DNA of 63,991 nucleotides, the filler included, from Rozella allomycis CSF55 (taxonomy: Eukaryota): assembly GCA_000442015.1 (NCBI GenBank). It is 14 parts of 14 records of this genome, joined end to end, with 100 filler letters (N's around TTAATTAATTAA, not from the genome) between each part and the next. Parts side by side here need not be neighbours in the genome. Positions count along the whole stretch, not along the records: positions 1 to 1,090 come from KE560491.1; positions 1,191 to 3,685 come from KE560492.1; positions 3,786 to 5,657 come from KE560494.1; positions 5,758 to 8,981 come from KE560496.1; positions 9,082 to 10,239 come from KE560497.1; positions 10,340 to 12,820 come from KE560503.1; 8 more parts are not named here. The stretch is one strand, 5' to 3'. The notes below the pieces were generated by a model. It did no database searches. It was given only the letters and a program-made list of their open reading frames with translations, and was not told the DNA's origin. Positions 1-12,920 of this stretch are shown here, one piece after another (within the stretch, counting starts at the first letter, position 1; every line of letters begins with the position of its first letter). The position numbers were made by a program, and so were the translations under genes.

Positions 1-1090
1 CAATTAAATCTATCTAATTAATAAAATTTGCTTTGCTGTTTAACTTTTTCCAATTTCTATCTAAACTTCTTATCTTTTAGCCTGGAAATCACTTGAATTG
101 GTACTTCAAATGATTATACTTATTTCTTTCCCAAAATAAAAATATGTTAAGCGACGAATCTGATTACAGTGACTGTGAAATCGCATTCGATAGCAGTAGC
201 AGTTATTCTGATAATTAAACTGTCCATTTAATTTGATAACACAAAAGCCATTTATCAGGAGATATTTGATGCTTCGTGTAAACAGAGAGAGTTAAGTGTA
301 ATTGTCATTCGTTTTGTTCCAAGCTACAAGCATAAAAAGAATGATCCTTTATTGGACGGGGAGTTTACGACCGGACTTCAGAAACGATTATTAGCAATTT
401 GAGTTAATTCTAATTTCACTTCCAATATACACTCACTTTAAGGGATGTTGTCGAGTTTTGTGTATGTGTGGGTCTGTGTGTATGTAAACATTTTTACCTT
501 CCATTTCCCTCCAAATTTGGTCTTTGAAATCAGAACACTCAATAAACCAAGTAAAATTTATTTTCAGCACGTATAGTAAAGGCAGTTGTTGGGTTATAGA
601 TGAGTGGTGCATGGAGATAAATATAAAATTTGAAAGCGACTTTTGGATACATTTAATAGCTATAATACAACTATAACAACCATTTGCGGTGGATCTTAAA
701 TATAAGTGAAAATTGTCGTACCAGGGATTCTCATCCCACTTCAATTGTCACATCATGGATTCTCATCTTAGAATAATCATTGTAGAGAGGAGTCATAATT
801 CTCAAAGGATCTCTTAATCCTGACAGATCTCTATCTGTAATACTAAAAGCGGAGTTGCCGTGGTAATTGGGTGGGGNCTGTAATACTAAAAGCGGAGTTG
901 CCGTGGTAATTGGGTGGGGGTTGTACAGATTGATCGTACTTCAAAATGATGCATCTGATGAGTGAATGTGAATGCTCAAATAACGATTCTTTAAGCTTTT
1001 CGGATATGGGTAAAATAAGATTGCGTAAATAGGTAATACTCTTCAAGGAAAAGTCTATAATGCATTTTTTCAATGTGAATGCGAGTAGGT

Positions 1091-1190
1091 NNNNNNNNNN
1101 NNNNNNNNNNNNNNNNNNNNNNNNNNNNNNNNNNTTAATTAATTAANNNNNNNNNNNNNNNNNNNNNNNNNNNNNNNNNNNNNNNNNNNN
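1091..1190. other. Artificial contig-joining spacer (N44-TTAATTAATTAA-N44), first of 13
   Basis: Same 100-nt spacer with six-frame stops at 1091, 3686, 5658, 8982, 10240, 12821, 14278, 29956, 49397, 51505, 52774, 56302 and 58171. Confidence 0.97.
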
Positions 1191-1292
1191 TCTTGAACCC
1201 ACTCGTTATGGGAGTCATCTAGATTCTTCCGTGTCACCAAGTATTCATCTTTATTGTTATTCATTCTCCTAAGTTGTAGGATCTTTTCCACT

Positions 1293-3062
1293 TCATGTGC
1301 AGAGATGTGATATTAGAATAAATAAAAACCTTTTCATGCGAAACACGGTTTCGCTTTTTTGAATGAATGTGCTGATGAATACTCCAAGAGCGCTCACTGG
1401 ATGCATATGATGTTGGAACATGAAAAACAAACACCAAGGGCCAAATCCTTCAGTACCGCATACGTCTTTGTTACATTCCACCAATCTAAAGGTGAGAACT
1501 GCTTTTGGTGATTCCATTTCTCTGGATCGGTAGCCCATTCTTCCTTTTTTGTCACAAAGCTGACTAATGCCTCTCGATATTCGTCCTCTGAAGCTCCCGA
1601 GTTTAGGCCACCAGACATTACTATATGGACTGCTTGATTGATTGTGTCTGTTATATCAGTGCCATGAAAGTCTGCTATAGCCCTTGTGTGATCCAAAAGC
1701 AACGCGAATCCCATGGATGCCGTGTGCAGAAAATTTCACCGGCTCAAAATCATATCTAAAACGGCACGTTGGATTTGATTATCGACATGATCATTTGGAA
1801 CGCGATAGATTGAAAGTGATAAGATTTTGTTGAATGATTCATAAACTATAGAAAGTGACGCATTATCTCTCTCGAAATTCGCCAAACACTCATTCACTGG
1901 TTTAATAAAATCTAACACAATTTTGGCGTCTTGGAAAAAGTGTCGGTCTTCAATTATCTCTTTTACCTCCTTCAACTTTGCTGGTTTCCTATTAAATCGA
2001 TTAATAAATTCTTCGTCTTCGAATAATTCTCTTACAATATTTTTGTTTGAGAACACTCCCGCAGGAACAGGCAGCCTTAATCCACGCCGGGTTTCGTTCC
2101 CAGGCCGCTGTTTTAGAAGCCCGCGAAAGCGATCGAGTAATAAATTTAGTTACCTTTGCACCCTTTGCGACTGCTTGCTTGAAAAGATCAAGCTCCAAAA
2201 TGTCCTTTACCAACAGGTTCATGGTATGTGCCGCGCATCCGTTGCAAAATATATGAGGGTATTTGCCGTCCAATATGTTCCATGCATTGGCCATGTTTGG
2301 CGCGTTATCTGTGACCACCCCACAAACCGATTTAGGACCAGAGATTTCTTCCACTTCTCTTATCACCGCATCAATCTGATCAGACATATACGCTGCACTA
2401 TAAGCCACGTCTCCAGTATGAAGGGATTTCCAAAAAATAGGCCTCATTTTGGTGCTGTAATAATGAAATTGAAATGCTTTGGTTATTGACGTTAGACCAT
2501 CCATCAGTTACAATGCTGAGTTTTCGTTGCTGTCTCAGTCTGGTTATAACCTTTTCTTTCTCGCGTTTGAAAACAGCATCCACCATAGACGTTGCCAAAG
2601 TCTGGCGCGAAGGGGGAGTGAATCCTGGGCGGAGGTCGCTAAGAAACTTCCGAAAGTACTCATCATCAGTTATGCGAAAGGGGATACCAGTTGCAAAAAA
2701 TGTAGTCGCAAGAGACATCCGCACTTTTTCATGTTCCTCACCGCTAATGTTAGAGTCGTAGTATGTTATTTTCTTTTGGGTTTTCTGTTTAACCAAAATA
2801 TCTTCTGGCGGCAATTGATTATCCTCCGACTCACTTTCAATCCTGGATCTCTTGAACTTTTGAGATGGTTCTGGTAAAAGATCTTTGAACTCATCGGTCA
2901 TGTTTCGGCAGGTAGCAACATGGGGCTTCAAATTCCTTGATAACTGGGCTTTTATGATTTCCTCCCGACCAAATTTGCATCTAATATCTGGATGATGTTT
3001 GCCGGCACCTTTAGGAACAATAATCTCGAAAGCTTTCCAAAGAGGGTTAGTAGACGTGGCAT
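1293..3062 (-). mobile_element. hAT-superfamily DNA transposase pseudogene (BED finger, DUF659-type core, hATC dimerisation domain)
   Basis: Frameshifted fragments: degenerate BED finger (LWKAF..C..H..C), GIPF..F..F...LRPGFTPPSRQTL, TDGWSN, VVTDNAPNM, GCAAHTMNL, and C-terminal PLDWW..SERSWS. Confidence 0.88.
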
Positions 3063-3159
3063 GTTGTGTTTCTTACACGAGGGGTACAAGATTTTATTAC
3101 CAGATAAAATTAGAAATTTTATATATTTTTGGTTTTCAGGTTTCTATTTTTAGTACCAC

Positions 3160-3258
3160 TTGTTATTTAACACGTTAATTATTATTCACAATGTTAATTA
3201 ACACGTTAATAACCGTTATTAACGTGTTAATTAACAGGCTGTTATTAACACTTAACAA
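3160..3258. repeat. TTAACAC/GTGTTAA motif cluster with a perfect 22-bp inverted repeat (3192-3236)
   Basis: tgttaattaacacgttaataac-c-gttattaacgtgttaattaaca, ~130 bp upstream of the hAT transposase start. Confidence 0.85.
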
Positions 3259-3260
3259 CA

Positions 3261-3685
3261 TTATTTAGTTGTGATGACTATTGGATTGGAAATTGTATAG
3301 TCCTTCAACAATTTAAACCAAGTTTCGTTTTCCTTCAACGGTGTTAAAATTGTTTGTTTTATCCATGCAAAACAAACATATTGATCTTCGCCATCCCCTT
3401 GCTGATAAAGCACGGCCCCGAGGCCTCTGCTGGAAGCATCTGTGGCAATAATAAAAGGTTTGTTAAAATCAGGATACTTCAACATTATTTGACTCCAGAG
3501 GACGTCTCTGATTGTGTCATATATTCTTTGAGATTCTTTATTCCAAACCACGTTCATGGCCTTTCGCAATTTATCTAGTGGTTGTGTGAGCATGGAATAA
3601 TTTAGTATCATATCTCTGAAGAAATTAAAGCATGCCAACTGCTGTTCAATCATATGACCATTGACTGGTACTTCCCAGTCATCCA
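3261..3685 (-). mobile_element. Ty3/gypsy LTR retrotransposon pol fragment (RT connection/RNase H)
   Basis: LKYPDFNKPFIIATDASSRGLGAVLYQ; truncated by contig end. Confidence 0.85.
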
Positions 3686-3958
3686 NNNNNNNNNNNNNNN
3701 NNNNNNNNNNNNNNNNNNNNNNNNNNNNNTTAATTAATTAANNNNNNNNNNNNNNNNNNNNNNNNNNNNNNNNNNNNNNNNNNNNCATTTTTTGCCAGCC
3801 CATTGAACTTCGTTAAAGAGCCCAGCCAATGCATCGTTCAAAATTAATTCTTGTCAGCCCAATGTTCTGTACTTTAGAGCCCATTTATCATAGGCGGCTC
3901 TTTTTTCACGCCCTCTAGGAATCAGACTACGAATATCAGGAACATCGTTTTTAATAAA

Positions 3959-5400
3959 TTAAATTCTTTTACGACTAAATGGAGGGTTGAAGTTGCACAA
4001 AGCTAAACCAATTAGAACGTGATGACAACATCTCCAATAAAACCAGCTTCTACAGTCACAGGAGGCTGCTTTAAGATCAAGAACAAAAACAATAGATTTT
4101 TTTTTCTTATTTGTGAGTTTCGTGTTTTGGGATCGAGTTGATTTTTGAACAACATAATCGTTAATACCCTTGATCGCTTTCTTAACAGTATCTTGATCAT
4201 AATTTCGGTACAATAAAAATTCGTTTTTAAAAGTATAATGTAATTCATTCCCAAAGTCCGAAATAACACTTTGCAATCTTTTAAGGAGTTCTACTGCAGA
4301 TAAACGTTTTCGTTTAGTATAATGCCTTTTAAGAGTCGCGTTAAATCTTTCAATAGCATTATTAGTTAAGGCGGTACCAACCTAAAGAAAATAAAAAAAC
4401 GGTTATTACCTGGAGGAACGAGATAAGAAGCCCAATTTGACCAAACTGAATCAGTATTCAACCAAATGTCGGTGAGATAGTCCCAAAAACTATCCAAATT
4501 ATCTTTTTCTTTACACGTGTTTTTCAATTTCTCGTAATATTTTCCTACTCCTTTTCATTACGCGATTTCGAAATTTTCGGAAACAATATCAAAAAATCAT
4601 TTTTCCAAATTTTTTTAAATAAAATTTCATCAAAACCTCCAATTAGCTTTTCAAATTCTTCTTGTCGTTTATGACTAGACAATGCTAGACAAAGTAGATG
4701 AAACTGACCAGACACATCAACCATTCCACGATAACCTGATAGTTGGCGTCATCTAGCTTGTAGGTTTCATCAACACATGTACTTTGCCGTAGGTAGCATT
4801 GAATGCCTGACCCCAGCTTTCAAGTAGCGCAAGCGACGTTATACCAATGAACAAAGGGTCTTCATCGGTTCCAACGCCAAGAACAGCCAATTCGTTTTCC
4901 TCATCAAAGCCAAAAAGCAGGGGTTCGTTTTTTTCGTTTTCCGAAATTTCCTCAGAATTTTCAAATTTTTTGCTTTCAGAAATATCGTTTGTAATGTCGG
5001 AAATTTTGTTTGTGTAGCCTTTTTGGAGCTTTATGCGACTTTTTGCTCCTGAATTTTGTTGACGTGATAAAGATGCAGCTTCAGAAGTCTCATTTATAAA
5101 TTTAGCAATTTCAAGAGGTAGCTTTTCCAAATGTTGCGAAATGAGATTAGTGGCAACCAGATTTAATCTAGTCTTAGACTTTGCATTATCCGTTGGCATA
5201 TGAGACTGAGCATTGTGTGAAAATGCACAATTGTTGCAAACATCGCAAAACAATAATCGGTAACGAGACGGACAGTTTTCACCGCACTTGCACATAAAAT
5301 AGCTATTATGATTTGAAAGGCTTGCTTACTGGCTAAGAGCTGTTTTTTGGGGTTTGTCCTTGCATTCAGGATGCAGTTTACAATAAAATTTCTTTGCACC
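3959..5400 (-). mobile_element. Mutator-like (MULE) transposase pseudogene with SWIM zinc finger
   Basis: SWIM CDC..CCHHV at the C-terminus and TNNAIERFN motif near 4340-4365; several frameshifts. Confidence 0.7.
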
Positions 5401-6122
5401 TCTACATTTGGTCATTGCAATTCCAGACACGAAATACATTTTTAAAGCATGCTCCGCGTCTTTATAGCATGAAAAATTTTCTTTTTTCCTACCCAGTTAA
5501 ATTTTACTTGTAAAAATTTGTGCATATTTTTCTACCATCTTGTGGCTGGGGTGGGCTTGGACGATAAAATAGGATTGCAAGGGTAGGGGTTTTGGTGGCT
5601 TAGAAGTGGGCTCTAACGAATACTCGGGAAATTTCAAAATCGAAAAAGTGGGCTAGGNNNNNNNNNNNNNNNNNNNNNNNNNNNNNNNNNNNNNNNNNNN
5701 NTTAATTAATTAANNNNNNNNNNNNNNNNNNNNNNNNNNNNNNNNNNNNNNNNNNNNCCGAGACCACGGTTGCAAGCCAGAAATATGAGCCAATTGCGCC
5801 ATTATGTGGGGAGGCAGAACGGAATGTACTATCAATAAAGAATCTGTCTCACAATATAGCAATTTGTATGTACTGTGACAGTGTCGTTGAAATATATGAA
5901 CAGGAAATATAGAATCAACTGTAAGTTGAATGTGATTTGACAAATAGGTTCATGCTTTGCTCCCGCTAATTAAACCTGATGCAATTAGGAAGCGTAAAGT
6001 TAAATAAAGATCTATTACATATATCTTTTTAGACCAATGCATTAAGAAGTTTATAGCGTGAGATTAGGTAATATATAGAACACGAGAAATTTAATCTTTT
6101 TATTAATTTAAAACTCAAAATG

Positions 6123-7835
6123 TTATGTGGTTTGTGACAACTCCTTCAAAATAGATTTGGCTTCTTCTCTTTCTAAACCGCCAAACGTCAATAAGGATGA
6201 CGCAAACTTTCGAGCCTCTTCAAATCTACCAAGGTTTTTATAATAATTCGCCATATAAATGGCTGATTCTGCATATTCAACAGACTCCTCATTTTTGAAT
6301 GCTTCAGCTGCTGAACTATAGTAAGACGCAGCAACTGTTGGCTCATTCATAGAATGATACAATCTTGCCAGTTTAATCATGGCATTTCCATCATTTGAAT
6401 CATTTTGAACAGCTTTGTCGTAGCAAACAATTGCTTTTTCAACTTGCTTTAATGTCTCATAACAATTTCCGACAGCACACCACATTCTACTATCTTTTGG
6501 TCTTTTTAAAATACGTGAACAAATTACCTCAAATCTCTAGCTTTTTCATAGTAATGAAGGGCGTAATATGGCATTCTCAAAACTTCATATGTTTGACCAA
6601 GCCCAAACCAGGCTCTGTAATCCGAACTATTGACATCTTTTATTTCAAAATTAAATTGATTTACCAACTGCCCTTCTGTAACATTCGATAGCTGCACTGG
6701 TATTCTTTAGTTCAACATACTCGTGGCCCATCAAGGTCCATGCAGCCAAGTAATTTCGATTAAGAGAAAGAGCTTTTCCAAAATACTCAATGCTTTTTTC
6801 ATGCTCTCCTCTAAGACTATAATAATTGCCAACTACACAGCAAGTCTCAGGCCTCATATGATCAATCTCTACACATTGTTGAGCTAATATAGCTAGATTC
6901 TCCTTTTCTTCTTTAACAAATAAAACATTGGAATAATAATCTACAAAGTCCAAATTAGTTGGATCTCGTTCTCGCAACACTACAAATAACTCTTCTGCTT
7001 CCTCAAAATCTAACTTTAAATTCAACAAGCGCATTTACCCCGATTTTGATAAAGAGCTATTGCTTTTTGTCCAATAATATATAAATTTTGTGGGGAATCT
7101 ATTAAAAGAGAATCACATATCTTTATAGCTTCATCATTTTCTTGTAATTCAATCATCGCTGATACTCTGTATAAATCCTTAAAAATACATGAAGGAAGTC
7201 TGTCTTCCAGATTATTGAACTATTTATTTTAAGCCTTTTCTTTACTTCTGTCCTATTAGTTGTCATCTTTGATAATTCCAGCCAAGAACACCAAAGATAA
7301 GGTTGTCTGTGTACACTCTCCAAAAATATACTTGTTGCTTGCTTCACCAGTCCTAGTTGCTTTAAAATAACTCCATATCTATATAACCATGCCATATATT
7401 TTACAGGTACATCAAATACGCGTCGGTTCTTCCCTTTTGGTAGCATATTTTCAACTCATTTTCTAATCGCCCTAAATTTTCATTTGATGGCAATGCCTCA
7501 TTCTTCGATCTCTCTAATACATCGGGCATGCGTAAGTCTTTCTCTTTCTCTCCCCAGAGATAAAGTGAGTAATATTTCAAAAACAATGACATTGTATCAA
7601 TCTCGTTGGCCAAGAGCAAACAAACTTTTTTAAAATCTTTGCAGTCAAAATAAGATTTTGCTTGTAAATATTTCACATTACAGCTGGGAAATTGAATCAC
7701 TTGCGAATTAATGGATGTAAAATCAAAAAGCCTTTAAAAATACGTAATATATAGATACCATTTTGAAGTTAGTACAAGTCCCCTCATAGAACATTGAACA
7801 GCAGTGTTCAGGATCTCTTCTTTTACATTGACCAT
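6123..7835 (-). CDS. CDC23: Anaphase-promoting complex subunit 8 (TPR), multi-exon
   Basis: [61 protein letters not shown] introns of ~26-29 nt. Confidence 0.95.
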
Positions 7836-7954
7836 TTCTGAAATTTACGCAACCGGAAAAACCACTTCCATTATTATTTCAAATGGATTAATTTAAGATT
7901 TTTGACATTTATTGCCAGTTTAGTTTTACAATACTATCGCACACAGCCACTTAA

Positions 7955-8779
7955 ATGTCAACTACTCTGCTGCGCGACCTTCGAGAGATGTTCACAACTG
8001 ATGTTACCTTCAATGCCATCATGATGCCAATCATAATCATTTCCTCCCAACTCTTCATATACTCACCCAAAACACTTCTCGCGATCGTAATGATGTCCTA
8101 CTTGATCGTCATCGTTCACGGCCTCCCAACATTCCACATGTTTCTCAAAATAACAGCTCTGCTACCTCTAGGTCTTGCTTCAGTTTTGTTCTTCTACTCA
8201 ATTCCGCGCAGAATAACTTGGAAACTTGATCCCGCATTCACATCGTACGGGAATATTGCTGTCTTCACCAACATTGGAATGATGGTTTTCACGCCTTACC
8301 ATAATACAATACGCGGTCTTTGCTCAAAGGTTACGTGTATGGCTCTTTTCGTATGGATCGTGCAACAGGGTTACAAAGTTGGATGGCGCACAACAACTCA
8401 CAATGAATTGGGAATGTTCCTCTATCACGCTGTTAGTAATGAATGGATATTGACTCACGCTGTTTATCGTTTCGTCTTGGTCACATTAGCTACCTTTTCG
8501 CGGCGTATTAGATATCTAGAGTTTTATACTGCCATAATTGTTCTCATACTTCATAGAAGAGTGAATAGTTTACCAATGAGATATTTGTTCGGCATGGCAG
8601 ATACTATTGTGGTACCGATTTTGGCTTCCATGAGTAGTATTTATGAAATGTGGTCGAATCAGTCAGAAGAGATGCTACAGATCGGGGTGCCTTTGGATTT
8701 GATGTTAGGAATTGTTCAGCTGTTGTTGGCAGGATATACAGTATACCGAATTTGTCTTGAGAGAGATAAAGGAAAATAA
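7955..8779 (+). CDS. Intronless multi-pass membrane protein of unknown function
   Basis: 274-aa ORF with ~7 hydrophobic segments and AATAAA at the stop. Confidence 0.8.
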   Translation: MSTTLLRDLREMFTTDVTFNAIMMPIIIISSQLFIYSPKTLLAIVMMSYLIVIVHGLPTFHMFLKITALLPLGLASVLFFYSIPRRITWKLDPAFTSYGNIAVFTNIGMMVFTPYHNTIRGLCSKVTCMALFVWIVQQGYKVGWRTTTHNELGMFLYHAVSNEWILTHAVYRFVLVTLATFSRRIRYLEFYTAIIVLILHRRVNSLPMRYLFGMADTIVVPILASMSSIYEMWSNQSEEMLQIGVPLDLMLGIVQLLLAGYTVYRICLERDKGK

Positions 8780-9564
8780 ACTAGCAATTAAATGACAATA
8801 GTGGTATAAATATTAATAAATTATAAGAACTCATTCACCTCTTAAATTGAATCATCCTTTCTTACAATTCGTTTTGACAAAGAAGTCAAATCCATATTAG
8901 GTATTGCCTGGCTTACTGTGGATATCAACATCGTACACAGTAGAAAAGCTAAAAGGGCCTTCACCGTTCACAAGAGAATGGNNNNNNNNNNNNNNNNNNN
9001 NNNNNNNNNNNNNNNNNNNNNNNNNTTAATTAATTAANNNNNNNNNNNNNNNNNNNNNNNNNNNNNNNNNNNNNNNNNNNNAATTATCAACAAAGAGCTA
9101 TGTGAAATAAAATAATCAGTTGTTTAATTTTGTATTAAATTATTCTTTCAAATCAATAACCCCATTTCCACTCTATTCTGATCTATGTGAGTACGGAAGT
9201 AAAGTGTTGTGGCTGTGACTGCCATGTAATAGACAATAACCTTCGAAAATTGACAATAATTTATCCCTTTGATTAACACAAAAATATTTTATGGAATATA
9301 TATATTCATTTGCGTGCAAAAACTGCATACCTTATCCGTCGAATAATTGTAATTGTAATCCTGCTTCTTAGGCCGCGGTTTCAGGGTTGCCAATTATAAA
9401 GCCCCAAATTGAAATTCTATTTAAAATACAAATAGACAGTAGCATTTGTGTACTTGTTTACAATTTGAATTCATAATGTTTGTGTTTACTTTTTGCATAT
9501 TTCCGAAAAAGGAAAAATTGAGGCATATATAAGGCGACATGATTTGTTTACGCTCCCATCATCA

Positions 9565-10239
9565 ATGCTTTGTGTATGTGACATTCACTTCTTTAACACC
9601 AGGTTACAGCGGAATCCAATTCTGGCGAGTATACAGCAATTCTCGATGTGTTTAAGAGCAATTTTAAGCTAACTGGTTATTCCACTGGTTACAAGTTCTA
9701 CCCAGAACTTTACTGGGTACATATGAATAAGGAGGTTAGAAAATACCAAAGAGTACAGGTAATTGAACTCAATATTGAAAGACTCTAGGCTATCAAAGCC
9801 CTCGAAAGTGCAAACAAGGCTTTAAAAGCCAATTTGAAGAGCAAGGATGAAGGGAGAAAGCGTAATCAGATTTTGTTTGATGTAATTTAGGCTTTTTGTC
9901 GGCCAAAATTGAAGCGATGAATTCAAAAATCGCGATGGCCGACAAATATATTACAAAAATGAAGCAATTGAAAGAAAGAGAAGAAGCCCTTTTGAAAAAG
10001 GAGCTTCTTTTGGAAAATGGGTTGCTGATGGCAAAGTGTGCCCGATCGTACTACCGGAAACGGCTATACGAATATTGTCCAAGTACGAGAAATATTTTGA
10101 ATGAATAAATGATGATCAATACGATGACATGGAGGCATTTGCCTGCTTTGAAGACGTGAAAGCCGCGAATGAAAGATACGAGAAGGTGTCAACGGCTATT
10201 GGACAAGAAAATAAAAAAACGAAGAAAGTCCATCAACAA
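9565..10239 (+). CDS. Hypothetical coiled-coil protein, possibly pseudogene or partial
   Basis: Short exon-like ORFs separated by ~30-nt GT-AG segments; no family recognised. Confidence 0.3.
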
Positions 10240-10339
10240 NNNNNNNNNNNNNNNNNNNNNNNNNNNNNNNNNNNNNNNNNNNNTTAATTAATTAANNNNN
10301 NNNNNNNNNNNNNNNNNNNNNNNNNNNNNNNNNNNNNNN

Positions 10340-12560
10340 CATTTTTCACACCTCCATTGATTTGGGCCTTCTTCAGTAATCTTCTTATTGCAGCCAGGGG
10401 AGGGACAAGCAGTGTAAGAAATATTGTTGTCAGCGTAAATGTAGCCAACTGTAGCGACGCAAGAGAAATAATCTGGCTTGTCAGAAAATCCTAAATTCTT
10501 TTCTTTGATTTCAGATAAACAAATTCTATCGTCAGTTGGTGAATTTTGAGTTTGTTTTGTTTGTTGAGTACTAAATGATTTTGCTTGGATCGAATTGCCA
10601 ACTGAGTCATACCACCCACGCAATTCATGTGCCTGGGGAATGTCTGGATTTATTATCATTGTTCCAGACGATGAAAGCGAAAGAGTAATTCCATTATAAT
10701 GCGATGTTCTACACCCTAATAACATATTCTAGACTTTTCTTTACCTTTAAACGCCAACACTGGAGTCCCCTGGACACTAAAATCCTTGGCTGTTTGACCC
10801 CACAATGTGACTCTAATCAAAGTATTCGACATGTCCAAAATCTCTACATCTCTCTTAGTCATTTCTTTTTGTGTCGTCTTTGATGTAAAATTATTCAATT
10901 CATGAACTTTAACTGCAACACCCTGGTAAAAGACATTAATGAAATTTACAACAACGTCAACATTCAAATTTTCTCCAACTTCAGCCAACTTTGCAATTGG
11001 AACAAAGTTGTATTTAACAAATGGAATACTATTAGACTCTTCTCTGCATGGTTCAACTAGTGTCTCTTTGTCAAACATTAATTCATAATCTCCATTCGAA
11101 TATTGCCGATTGGACAATTTAACACTCGCATTGGAAATATAATAGATTTTATTCAATTCCAACAGAGGATAAACCCTATCAACCACCTCATTAAACGCAC
11201 TCGCTCTAATTTCACCCTATCATCAATATTGCTAAAATTTACAGTCTCATCCATCCACGTCATATTAAACAATTTTCCTGCTCCCTTAGCATTATGGTAT
11301 GTTTTAATTGGAGCNATGTCTCCTTGTCAAACATTAATTCATAATCTCCATTCGAATATTGTCTATTGGACAATTTAACACTCGCATTGGAAATATAATA
11401 GATTTTATTCAATTCCAACAGAGGATAAACCCTATCAACCACCTCATTAAACGCACTCGCTCTAATTTCACCCTATCATCAATATATATGAAATTTACAG
11501 TCTCATCCATCCACGTCATGTTAAACAATTTTCCTGCTCCCTTAGCATTATGATATGTTTTAATTGGAGCTAAGTTAGTCAATCTCACTTTGATTGTATA
11601 TTTTTTATTATATGGATTCAATTCCTCAACTTTGGAATATTTTCTATTGTTGGAATACTGATTTGCTGTCGTTGATTGCACAGACTCACCATAAGTGTTT
11701 GTTGGTGCGTATGGATTGCTTGTATTTGAGCTGTTCGTCGTAGCATATGGATTTGAAGCGCCAGATGCGGCGTATGGGTTCGACGCGTATGGATTCTCAG
11801 TGGACGCATAAGGATTTCCAGCTGACGCATACGGATTTCCAGTTGAAGCGTAAGGATTTGTATTTACATTTGTGCTATTATTGGCGGCATATGGATTTGC
11901 ATTGGCGTAAGGATTAGAAGACGCATTTGAAGTAGCGTATGGGTTAGCATTACTTGAAGCATATGGATTGTTTTCATTCGTTGCATAGGGATTCCCAACG
12001 TTATCATTCTTCATATTGTTCATTCCTGCACTAGCATAAGGGTTCGTTTTGATTTGATTATTCGCTTCAGCATAAGGATTCCCCATTTCAGCTCTTTCAT
12101 TCATTTCATTTCCTTCTCCATTTTCATTCACAACAACCGCATACATAGTAGGCTTTCCAATAATTTCATCTCCATAAATAATATTATTCAAATCTATAGA
12201 TTTGGGTACAATAACAGGCTTCTGCAGCTTTCCATCACTAATTATATCAAAAAATATCATCTACATTCCAGAGATCGAATAGTTTGTCATTTTCATTATA
12301 CAAAACTGCTTCACGATCCCAGCTTCGACGTACTGTACAAAACTATGGTTGAATAAAAGTGATCCAGTGTTCACACCGTCACTAACAAGAAGCCTGCTTA
12401 TTTTATCTTGCTTTCGTTACCTTGCTCGGTCAAGCCCCTGAGGTGTTTTTGGTAGTCGCTTGATAGTCGTTACTTGCAACCACGGTTCCTTGTATCCGGG
12501 ATGTGCAACATCTTTCTCAAATAACGCTTTGATAGTGCCTGGAATTAACAAGTTGCTCAT
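10340..12560 (-). CDS. RFA1: Replication protein A 70-kDa subunit, 3' truncated, with an assembly duplication inside
   Basis: OB-fold motifs LLVSDG, ELNPYNKKYTIKVR, IRVTLWG, INPDIPQAHELRGWYD and zinc ribbon YTACPSPGCNKK..WRCEK. Confidence 0.93.
11063..11570. repeat. ~250-bp tandem duplication joined by one N (11315), probably uncollapsed alleles
   Basis: Near-identical copies at ~11063-11314 and ~11316-11570 with scattered substitutions. Confidence 0.85.
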
Positions 12561-12920
12561 TGACAGACAAGGGTTTTACGATTTTTGGGATATACTCTAA
12601 AATGATTTATAGAAAGAATTTGAGATGATCGGAGGGGTTTTTCGTTACATTAATAATCACACGTTGAAGGCATTGAAATACTGTATTTTCAAGGCGGAAC
12701 ACGAATTAGAAAGGTCATATGAGATACGATCAGATATTGAATTTTAAATTCCTGCTTTTTCTCAATCACTTATTTCTGTTTCATAAAGAATGTTGACATT
12801 TATTTAGCGCCAACAAGCAANNNNNNNNNNNNNNNNNNNNNNNNNNNNNNNNNNNNNNNNNNNNTTAATTAATTAANNNNNNNNNNNNNNNNNNNNNNNN
12901 NNNNNNNNNNNNNNNNNNNN

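Noticed and set aside
835-920. 42-bp perfect tandem repeat
   Set aside because: Separated by a single N; scaffolding overlap artefact, as at 40030, 49275, 55535 and 60090.
144-1090. Short ORFs on the first contig
   Set aside because: Fragmentary, with no recognisable family.
4378-4409. Possible fifth GT-TG intron in the MULE transposase (restores PPGTALTNN)
   Set aside because: An AG lies 4 nt earlier and the element has other frameshifts, so it is not reliable evidence.
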